Shown: positions 19,675 to 26,900 of the stretch, in pieces
Layout: the number at the start of each line of letters is the position of its first letter
Position numbering within the stretch: position 1 is the first letter of the stretch
Source of the DNA: a virus
Lineage: Duplodnaviria; Caudoviricetes
Strand: one strand, 5' to 3'
Length of the DNA: 36,794 bases
IMG/VR virus record: IMGVR_UViG_3300032277_000031
Location: 1-36,794 of that record
Notes under the pieces: model-generated
Told to the model about the DNA's origin: nothing
Seen by the model: the letters and a program-made list of their open reading frames with translations, nothing else
The model's database searches: none
Made by a program: the position numbers and the translations under genes

Positions 19675-20474
19675 TGACATTTAATAGTGAAATTAATAGC
19701 ACTACCCCTGATTTATTCCTAGAGTTTTATGAAATTTTGTCAGGTGGTGTTACTTATAGGTTTGTAAATAATACTGAGACAAAATCATATGATGGGTTTA
19801 GCTGGGCACCCGCATTAATAGAAAGAGGTGAAGTAAAAGAGGATGTTTCTATTAGTGATAGCCAAGACATGGAAATTTCTGCATATGTAGAGGAACCTTT
19901 TGTTGATTTGTTGCAAAAAATTTCAGTAGAGAAAATAGAAATTAAAATTTTTCAAGTTTTTATTGGGTCATCAAGCGTTAATAAGATTTTTAATGGTGTT
20001 GTTTATTCAGCTAACGAAAAAGACCAAATTATTAGTTTAAAAGCACTGTCTAACAGCAACATTAATAGTAAAGAATGGCCTAGATATAAAATACAGTCAA
20101 CTTGTAATCATACTCTTTTCTCTACTCAGTGCACACTTTTAAAAACCAACTTTGAGACAGTAACAGCGGTTACTGTCTCTGGTGATGGTAAAACAATTAC
20201 ATCTTCTGCTTTTGGCATAGAAAGCGATGATTATTTCACGGGTGGTGAATTGGTGCATTCTAACGAAAGTAGGCTGATTATATCCCATGTTGGAAATGAT
20301 ATTGTTGTGGCTAGCCCTTTTGCCTCCCTTTCTTCTGGAACATCAATAAAAGCTTACCCATCCTGTTTTGGAAGATTTACGGAAGATTGCACAACAAAAT
20401 TTAGCAATACTGAAAATTTTGTTGGTTTTCCCGATATAGCAGAAAGCAATATTTTTATATGGGGCTTACAGTGA
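19674..20474 (+). CDS. DUF2163 / BR0599-family tail hub protein
   Basis: C.H.LF...C and C-terminal PSC...C..KF.N..NF.GFP motifs. Confidence 0.85.
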   Translation: MTFNSEINSTTPDLFLEFYEILSGGVTYRFVNNTETKSYDGFSWAPALIERGEVKEDVSISDSQDMEISAYVEEPFVDLLQKISVEKIEIKIFQVFIGSSSVNKIFNGVVYSANEKDQIISLKALSNSNINSKEWPRYKIQSTCNHTLFSTQCTLLKTNFETVTAVTVSGDGKTITSSAFGIESDDYFTGGELVHSNESRLIISHVGNDIVVASPFASLSSGTSIKAYPSCFGRFTEDCTTKFSNTENFVGFPDIAESNIFIWGLQ

Positions 20475-20971
20475 AATTATTAGATGTAGAAAAAAAAATC
20501 CCTAGCGCGGGATACAAGGAAAAATTTACAGAAAACAGTATAAAAGTACAAGACTTTATAGGGATACCTTACAGGGGCGGGTATCATGGAAAAAATGGCC
20601 TAGATTGTGCTTATTTTCTTGGGTATTTTATGTTAAAAAACAACATAATAAAAAAAATAGAAAAAATAGAATATTCTAATGATTGGCACCTTTACAAAAA
20701 TAACGGTCAAATTATGATCAAAAATTTTAATTATCATTTAAATAATTTTTTATGTAAAGGTGTCGATGTTGTCAAAACTAATGATATAGGTTATGGTGAT
20801 ATTATTTTCTTTTCAATGGTTGAAAGTGGCTTAATTAATCACTGTGCTATAAAAATAAATGATTCCTACATCTTACACAGCATAGAAAAATCAGGCGTTT
20901 GTATATCATCTCTGGGAAGATTTAAAGATAAAATTATAGGAGCTTATAAAATATGGGTATCCCTAGTATAA
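20471..20971 (+). CDS. NlpC/P60 family tail-associated peptidase
   Basis: GIPY..GG..GLDC, GDIIFF, NHCAI, ILHS; GTG start overlaps upstream stop. Confidence 0.88.
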   Translation: MKLLDVEKKIPSAGYKEKFTENSIKVQDFIGIPYRGGYHGKNGLDCAYFLGYFMLKNNIIKKIEKIEYSNDWHLYKNNGQIMIKNFNYHLNNFLCKGVDVVKTNDIGYGDIIFFSMVESGLINHCAIKINDSYILHSIEKSGVCISSLGRFKDKIIGAYKIWVSLV

Positions 20972-23232
20972 TAATAGGTGGTATTTCGGCGGCCGCTAGC
21001 ATTGGGGCGGGTTTTCTTCTTGCTAATAAGCAAACACCAGATAAAATTGATGGAGAGAAAAAAAAAGCAAATTCTTTTAATGCTCCATCAATGGAGGAAG
21101 GTCGAGTGATACCCGTTGTTTTTGGAAAAAATGTCAGGGTGTCTCCTAGTGTTATAGGTTATCAAGGGTTTGAGACACAAGATATAAAAGAAAAAGCCAA
21201 AGGAGGCGGGAAAGGCTTTGGCGGTTCGTCTGGTGGAACTAGCATTATAGGCTATAAGAGCTTTATTGATATGTGGTTTTGTGTCTCTCATGCAATCGGT
21301 GGAATGACTATAACAGTTAACAAGTATATAGTTGGAGATAAAGAAAAAACGCCTAATGCCAATATAACTAATAATAATGGTACTGAATCTTTCTTTCCTT
21401 TAGATATGGGAAGTCATGCAAATAAATTAAAGGGAATTTGTCATAGTTATTTTGGCAACTGGAACTTCGGAGAGAACACAACAACACCGCCGCCTGTAGA
21501 TTTTGAAATTACCTCTGTATTGCCAACAACTATAAATAATGCAAACATGGGTTCTAAAAAAGGAGTAAACCCAGCAACAATAATATATATAATTTTACTG
21601 GATGCAGGATTTATAGCCGGCACATCTGGAATTGTTCTTTCCTCTTTTAATAACTCTGCCGATTATTGGTATGATAAAGGGCATGGTTTAAATATTGTCT
21701 TTGACTCTATTAGTAACCCAATGGAAGCAATTAAAAGGGTTTTTGAATTTGTAGATGGAACATTATATAAAAATGGTGATGGGTTGTATATTTTAAAGGC
21801 TTTCGAGGATTCAGAACCAGCGGTCAGAACAATTGAGGAAAAAGATTTTATAGAGTTAGATTTAGAAATAGAAACTCTAAACAATCTTAATAATAAATTT
21901 TTTGCTACATATACAGATATTGAAAAAAATCATACAGAGAAAAGTTTACTGGTTTATAACCCATCATCAATAAGCCAAATAGGAATTGAAAATGATAAAA
22001 ATATTGACCTGACAGCTTTTACAGATAAAGAAATAGCCTCTAAAAGACTTTTTGAAATAATGAGGGTTGAGTCAATACCTAATAAAAAAATAGGGTTTTC
22101 TGTGGACATGAGATTTTTTGATGTAAATATAGGTGATATAGTAACAATTAACCACGGCTCAAAGGGCTGGACATCTTTAAATTTTAGGATTCTATCAAAA
22201 ACTATAGGGTCTTTTGAGGAAGCAAAAATAGATTTTCAAGGCGAGCTATATAGAAGAAATCTATTTGGCGACAACCATATAAATGTAAATAATAGCTCTC
22301 ATTCTCAGGTTGATTTATCACCAGTTGATTTAGACCACAGAAGAGTTTTTGAGCTTCCTTATAACTCAGACAGCAAGGAAAACCCATCATTTATTGTTCT
22401 TGCTCAAAAGAAAAAAGGTTCCGAAAGTGGATATAAAGTTTTAACAAGTGCGGAGAGTTCGTCTAATTTTATAGATTCTGGCTTGTTTACTACGTGGAGC
22501 CAGAGAGGAACACTTGTTAATTCTTATTCATCGTCCAGTAATAGTATTGATGATAGTACATCTGGGATTTTATACACTCCCTCGGGCTTGGAAAATCCTT
22601 CTTTTGATAGTATTTCCAGACAAAATTTGTTTTCTATTCGTCGAGTTGCTATAATTAATAATGAAATCGTAGCATTTCAAAATTATACTGTAGAAGGTGG
22701 GAACATAAGACTAACAGGAATAATTAGAGGTGTTCTGGGGTCAATAAAATCTTCTCATGGTGTAAGTGATGAAATTTGGCTTACTGATATTGATAATAAC
22801 ATTTTAAATTTTAAGCCATTTGAAACAACATATTTTCAAATTTTGCCAATTTTTGGAAATAATGAATTATCACCACCAGCAACAATAGAAAGTTTTACGT
22901 ATACAGGAAAGGCGAAGCAACCTTTCCCAGTTGGCAGAGTAGAGGCAATAAGAAGCGGTAGCAATATAACAGTTAATATACTTCCTGCAACCCCTAGTTT
23001 AAATGGTGCTGGAAGCATGCCAGAAAATGTTATTCTGCCTGTTAGTCAGGTTCCGTATCTTGGAGATTTTGAAATAAATTATGATAGTAACGATTATAAT
23101 TTTAATGATATCACCTATTCCTTTACAAGGTCTGGTTCCTTTACGTTAACGGTAAAAAGTAGGCTTAACGGGTTCTTGTCAACAGGAAAAAGTGTTACCG
23201 TAGGGGCTGGTGATGGTTCCTATTTTGGTTAA
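20953..23232 (+). CDS. Tail tip / central spike attachment protein (gpJ or GTA gp15-like)
   Basis: EG.VIPVVFG, NPA.IIY, GDIV.I, EIV.F, IRGV.G motifs; 759 aa. Confidence 0.85.
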   Translation: MGIPSIIIGGISAAASIGAGFLLANKQTPDKIDGEKKKANSFNAPSMEEGRVIPVVFGKNVRVSPSVIGYQGFETQDIKEKAKGGGKGFGGSSGGTSIIGYKSFIDMWFCVSHAIGGMTITVNKYIVGDKEKTPNANITNNNGTESFFPLDMGSHANKLKGICHSYFGNWNFGENTTTPPPVDFEITSVLPTTINNANMGSKKGVNPATIIYIILLDAGFIAGTSGIVLSSFNNSADYWYDKGHGLNIVFDSISNPMEAIKRVFEFVDGTLYKNGDGLYILKAFEDSEPAVRTIEEKDFIELDLEIETLNNLNNKFFATYTDIEKNHTEKSLLVYNPSSISQIGIENDKNIDLTAFTDKEIASKRLFEIMRVESIPNKKIGFSVDMRFFDVNIGDIVTINHGSKGWTSLNFRILSKTIGSFEEAKIDFQGELYRRNLFGDNHINVNNSSHSQVDLSPVDLDHRRVFELPYNSDSKENPSFIVLAQKKKGSESGYKVLTSAESSSNFIDSGLFTTWSQRGTLVNSYSSSSNSIDDSTSGILYTPSGLENPSFDSISRQNLFSIRRVAIINNEIVAFQNYTVEGGNIRLTGIIRGVLGSIKSSHGVSDEIWLTDIDNNILNFKPFETTYFQILPIFGNNELSPPATIESFTYTGKAKQPFPVGRVEAIRSGSNITVNILPATPSLNGAGSMPENVILPVSQVPYLGDFEINYDSNDYNFNDITYSFTRSGSFTLTVKSRLNGFLSTGKSVTVGAGDGSYFG

Positions 23233-23243
23233 GGAATAAAAAT

Positions 23244-23378
23244 ATGAATAATTGTTTTTTTTGTGATAAAAAAATCGAATCTTGGGAGAGCACAACAGAA
23301 ATTAATTTTGGGAAAAACATTTGCCATTCGTCTTGCTTTGTAGAACATAATGAAAAACTAAAAAAGGAAGCTGATTAA
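23244..23378 (+). CDS. 44-aa zinc-finger mini-protein (CxxC...HxxC)
   Basis: Read by hand: MNNCFFCDKKIESWESTTEINFGKNICHSSCFVEHNEKLKKEAD; AAGGA RBS; TAA overlaps next ATG. Confidence 0.7.
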   Translation: MNNCFFCDKKIESWESTTEINFGKNICHSSCFVEHNEKLKKEAD

Positions 23379-23824
23379 TGACAGTTTTAACCCCTAGTAA
23401 TTTAGAGAAAGTTGACTATAATCAAGAGGGCTGGCATAACATTTATAATGCTAATTGGGAAAAGTTAAACACTAAGTTTCAAGAATTATTACAAGCAACT
23501 TATAATTTTGCAAGTGAAGCCGTTATAGATGAGGCAACCGCCCTAACCGCTGCTATTGCCCCCACTCAGCAAACAACAACAGATAGCACAACGGGAACGG
23601 GTTCTTTAACTTTAAATGATGTTGGGGCAACATTTAGCCAGAGCGCAATTAATGATAATTTTGCTTCATTGGCCGCTAGGATAGCAGAAATAAAAGCAGA
23701 TATCGATAATTTAAAAACATTTGCTGATGATTCAAAAACAAGAAGTGATAACTTACAGTCAAAAATAAATGAACTGATTGCTGTTCTAAGGGAAACCGAC
23801 GGAGTAGGAGTCTTGAGTGATTAG
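23378..23824 (+). CDS. Short fibre-like virion protein
   Basis: N-terminal TP..L......W....N.N..KL pattern seen in fibre anchors; Thr-rich linker; coiled-coil C-terminus. Confidence 0.5.
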   Translation: MTVLTPSNLEKVDYNQEGWHNIYNANWEKLNTKFQELLQATYNFASEAVIDEATALTAAIAPTQQTTTDSTTGTGSLTLNDVGATFSQSAINDNFASLAARIAEIKADIDNLKTFADDSKTRSDNLQSKINELIAVLRETDGVGVLSD

Positions 23825-23888
23825 GAGTTTTTTTATGTTTTTAAGAGTAATATTAACTGACTTTATAGTAAAAAAAGGAAAAGAAGAA

Positions 23889-24182
23889 ATGAAAAACCAT
23901 TGGAAGCGGCATATTGTTTATATATTGATAACTCTTCTTGTAATTTTTGCAAGCTGTAGTTATAACGCGCCCACTGTTCAGGGACTAGAACAAAATCTAA
24001 AAAACATACAGATAATGAGGGAAAGTTTGTCAAAAAATCTTGCTGAAAAAGTAAGAAATGGAGATATTACCCAAGAGCAAGCAAGCAAAATAGAGTCATA
24101 CCATGACTCTTACGAATCACTTGCCAGAACAATGTATGATAAGCAAGTAGAGCTTAAGAAAGGTAAAAAAGAAAATGAATGA
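23889..24182 (+). CDS. Predicted lipoprotein
   Basis: Basic N-terminus, hydrophobic stretch, lipobox FAS-C (MKNHWKRHIVYILITLLVIFASC). Confidence 0.75.
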   Translation: MKNHWKRHIVYILITLLVIFASCSYNAPTVQGLEQNLKNIQIMRESLSKNLAEKVRNGDITQEQASKIESYHDSYESLARTMYDKQVELKKGKKENE

Positions 24183-24495
24183 ACAATTAGAGAGACTAGC
24201 AAAAGAAAATTATGATAATCTTTTATTAGGCATGAAAGATGTAGCGATTGATGACTTGCCAAAGATCAAGGAATTATTAGTAGACGTTGCCAGATATAAA
24301 GCACTTGAAACATTAGGCCAAGCCACCGAATTTGATATAAAAATGCTCAAGATGGCAAGTGCGGCATTATCAAGTGAGGCAATCATTTCGACATATGAGT
24401 TAACAGAAGTTGGTAACGAAGTATTGCAAGGGCTTGTTAAGTCAATCATCGGACTTGTTTTAAATTCTGCTCTAAAAAGTGTAAATATTTCTTGA
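24175..24495 (+). CDS. Hypothetical helical protein
   Basis: AAAGG RBS; overlaps lipoprotein gene end. Confidence 0.75.
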   Translation: MNEQLERLAKENYDNLLLGMKDVAIDDLPKIKELLVDVARYKALETLGQATEFDIKMLKMASAALSSEAIISTYELTEVGNEVLQGLVKSIIGLVLNSALKSVNIS

Positions 24496-24519
24496 CATTT
24501 TAAAAAATGATAATATAAT
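24492..24519 (+). promoter_or_regulatory. Sigma70-type promoter TTGACA-N16-TATAAT
   Basis: Perfect -35 (24492-24497) and -10 (24514-24519). Confidence 0.8.
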
Positions 24520-24525
24520 TTTGAA

Positions 24526-24634
24526 TAGTTTAGGAAGTGTCTAACCAACCTTTCTATGCTAAACCAAGATTTTTTGAAAAATCATTCTAAAATAGGCCGT
24601 TGCTCACTCCTTGAGCATTGGCCTATTTTTTTTT
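24526..24634 (+). ncRNA. Candidate small RNA of about 110 nt (sRNA-1)
   Basis: Consensus promoter followed by a region with no credible ORF and a strong terminator; hairpins gtttag/ctaaac and gatttt/aaaatc. Confidence 0.5.
24589..24634 (+). terminator. Rho-independent terminator
   Basis: AAAATAGGCC..TGCTCA-ctcct-TGAGCA..GGCCTATTTT followed by further Ts. Confidence 0.9.
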
Positions 24635-24735
24635 AATCATGCATTAGTAAAGATTATATGATATTATTGAGGCAATAGTAAATATATGGTTAATACTAAT
24701 ATTATCAACATGGTTTTTTCTCCTTGGGGGCAAAA

Positions 24736-25095
24736 TTGGAAAATAAAAAAAAAGAATTGATTACAGAAAAATCATATAAATTGACAGACATAAAAACAAT
24801 AGTTCTAATCTCAATGTTTTTATTGTCTGTTGTCACCATCAACACAACTATATCTTATTACCTTGTTGAGGCAAACAAACACGAGGTGACAGAAAAAGAA
24901 GTCCTGTCTATTGTTTCAGATTTAAATAAAATACTGAAAATGGTAGAAGAGCTTGAAAGACAACACGCCGATTTTTACATACATATTAATAAAAATAACC
25001 ACCTTCAAACAAAGCGATTTGATCAAGTAGTTTTACAGATGCTAGAAATCAGCATAGGTAAGGCAAAAGAAAAAAGTAAAAACAAAGAAAAATAA
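24736..25095 (+). CDS. Single-pass membrane protein with coiled coil (holin-like candidate)
   Basis: Hydrophobic IVLISMFLLSVVTINTTISYYLV then heptad-like region; TTG start after GGGGG. Confidence 0.55.
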   Translation: MENKKKELITEKSYKLTDIKTIVLISMFLLSVVTINTTISYYLVEANKHEVTEKEVLSIVSDLNKILKMVEELERQHADFYIHINKNNHLQTKRFDQVVLQMLEISIGKAKEKSKNKEK

Positions 25096-25118
25096 GGCAA
25101 AAATAAGGGGGAACATTT

Positions 25119-25355
25119 TTAAGAATCCTCCTTGTTTGCTTTTAGTGGCCGTCCAAAGTTTTTTTTATTTCTTAATTCATCTCTTGTTGCTTCTAATCTA
25201 TCCTTGCTCCACTTTCTATAAATTTTTCCTTTTATTTCTACTTCTCTACATGGTGCCGGTATTTCTCCATTTTTCATATATTTATTGGCCGTAGCCAGAG
25301 AAATATTAAGAAAAATTGCTAATTCTCGCATTCCTTCAATATGATTTTCTGACAT
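25119..25355 (-). CDS. HTH DNA-binding protein (AlpA/excisionase-like)
   Basis: MRELAIFLNISLATANKYMKNGEIPAP...RKW pattern; AAGGA RBS before ATG 25355; the only credible minus-strand gene. Confidence 0.8.
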   Translation of the reverse strand: MSENHIEGMRELAIFLNISLATANKYMKNGEIPAPCREVEIKGKIYRKWSKDRLEATRDELRNKKNFGRPLKANKEDS

Positions 25356-25370
25356 TTTTTTCCTTTTCAT

Positions 25371-25423
25371 TTGACATAATATTATTTTACTTTTATAATA
25401 GTGTTATAAAAGTCGAAAGTCAA
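25371..25423. promoter_or_regulatory. Overlapping divergent promoters with operator-like palindrome
   Basis: Plus: TTGACA(25371)-N17-TATAAT(25394). Minus: TTGACT(25423)-N17-TATTAT. Inverted repeat ACTTTTATAA-N5-TTATAAAAGT at 25389-25413. Confidence 0.8.
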
Positions 25424-25456
25424 GGTTTTATTTTTTTTAAAAAAGGCAAAATAAAT

Positions 25457-26320
25457 ATGTTTGAAAATATTTGCAATGTTGATAAATTCCTGAAAATAAT
25501 GATTTATGGCGGTGCTGGAACTGGTAAAACTCTTTTTTCTCTTGGTTTCCCTAACCCAGCAATTATAGATTTTGAGGGTGGATGTAATCATTACCATGAT
25601 ATAAATTTTGACCTATGCAAGGTTGATTCACTAAAGGGTTTTTTAAATGCTCTTGATGCATTCGAGGTTAGCGATTACGAAACATTGATCATTGACCCAA
25701 TTACCATTCTATGGGAGATTTTAAGAGAAGATTGGGCATTGAGGAAGGGAAAGGCAGAGTTAAGGCCGCAAGACTGGTTCTCCCTTAGGAAGGAGTGGCG
25801 TTCTTTAATACTCCAAAGAATTAGAAATATTGAAGCTAACGTTATAGTTATAGCAAGAGAAAAAGACGTTTTATCATACTTAAAAAACAGAGAAAAAGTA
25901 GAAATTGTTTCAGCTGGCAAAACCTTTGATGGTGAAAAAAACTTGGAATATGAATTTGATTTAGTGTTAAATTCATTTGTCGATGGGGAAAGGTTTTTCT
26001 TTAATGTTAAAAAGACAAGAATAAACAACGGTCTTTTTAAATTAAACTCTAAGGTAGAACAGAAAATAGAAAACTTCAACGAAGTAATTTTTGATAGAAA
26101 GAGAATGATTGATTTCTTAGGTGGTAACTTGAACTGGACTAATCAAATAATTCCTTTTAAGGACTGTAAAGAAAAATGGGAAGATTTAAAAGAAGATCAA
26201 TTAGTTAAAATTGCTGAACTTAAAGGTAGAAAAAATTATTTATCTACTTTAAAGGCTTTAGTGTTGATTGATGTATTAAAAGAGGGCAAAGAAGGAAAAA
26301 TAGAAGAGGTTAAAAAATGA
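25457..26320 (+). CDS. AAA_24 ATPase, Sak4-like recombinase
   Basis: KIMIYGGAGTGKT, IDFEGG, TLIIDPIT, EFDLVL motifs; adjacent to ssb; ATG 25457 after AAGG. Confidence 0.85.
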   Translation: MFENICNVDKFLKIMIYGGAGTGKTLFSLGFPNPAIIDFEGGCNHYHDINFDLCKVDSLKGFLNALDAFEVSDYETLIIDPITILWEILREDWALRKGKAELRPQDWFSLRKEWRSLILQRIRNIEANVIVIAREKDVLSYLKNREKVEIVSAGKTFDGEKNLEYEFDLVLNSFVDGERFFFNVKKTRINNGLFKLNSKVEQKIENFNEVIFDRKRMIDFLGGNLNWTNQIIPFKDCKEKWEDLKEDQLVKIAELKGRKNYLSTLKALVLIDVLKEGKEGKIEEVKK

Positions 26321-26760
26321 ATGATGTAAAATTCTCAGGAAATATTTGTAATGATATAGTGCCTAGAACTATTCCTAGTGGGGCTAGTGTTTGCAATTTT
26401 ACTATTGCAAACACCAAAAAATATAAAGACCAAAGCGGAACATTGAGAGAAACAACAACTTTCGTTGATTGTGTTTGGTGGGGAAGCTCTGCGGGGCTTG
26501 TTAAGTGGAATAAAAAAGGCTCTAAGATTCTTGTCTCTGGTGAATTGCAGCAAGATTTTTGGGAAGATCAAAACGGAAACAAGAGAAATAAACTTAAAAT
26601 TAAAGTTAATGAAATGGAATTTTTCTTTAATCTTGTTCCAGATGGTACAAGAAACAGCAACAACAATAATAATAGCGGTGGTGGAAATAATCAATTTTCA
26701 ACTCTCCCAGAGGAACATTCTTGGCAACCAGAAAGACCAATGGACGAGCCACCGTTTTAA
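26317..26760 (+). CDS. ssb: Single-stranded DNA-binding protein
   Basis: MN.V...GN, FTIA, KG..ILVSGEL, acidic C-terminal DEPPF. Confidence 0.96.
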   Translation: MNDVKFSGNICNDIVPRTIPSGASVCNFTIANTKKYKDQSGTLRETTTFVDCVWWGSSAGLVKWNKKGSKILVSGELQQDFWEDQNGNKRNKLKIKVNEMEFFFNLVPDGTRNSNNNNNSGGGNNQFSTLPEEHSWQPERPMDEPPF

Positions 26761-26782
26761 TTTTTCCACAAGGAGTTTTCTT

Positions 26783-26899
26783 TTGATTGACGAAAAGGAA
26801 ATGGAAAGGTTAAAATTAGAGATACAGAGAGAGAAGAATAAAACTCTCTCTCTGTTATTGAAAATTTATTTAACAGTAAATGAAAAGGAAAAAAAATAG
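26783..26899 (+). CDS. 38-aa hypothetical (possible small DNA-binding) protein
   Basis: AAGGAG RBS 7 nt before TTG 26783; fills the gap between ssb and the replication gene. Confidence 0.45.
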   Translation: MIDEKEMERLKLEIQREKNKTLSLLLKIYLTVNEKEKK

Positions 26900-26900
26900 A

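Noticed and set aside
20471-20971. NlpC/P60 as the endolysin
   Set aside because: It sits in the conserved tail-tip position between DUF2163 and the tip protein, with no cell-wall binding domain or adjacent holin
24210-24548. Minus-strand 112-aa ORF starting within sRNA-1
   Set aside because: Antisense to gene 24175; its TTG lies inside the SD-like word, leaving no usable RBS spacing
26653-26690. Asn/Gly-rich low-complexity run in ssb
   Set aside because: Ordinary disordered SSB linker
26465-26782. 5' part of the 144-aa ORF overlapping ssb
   Set aside because: Alternative frame of ssb; only the 3' part from TTG 26783 has an RBS
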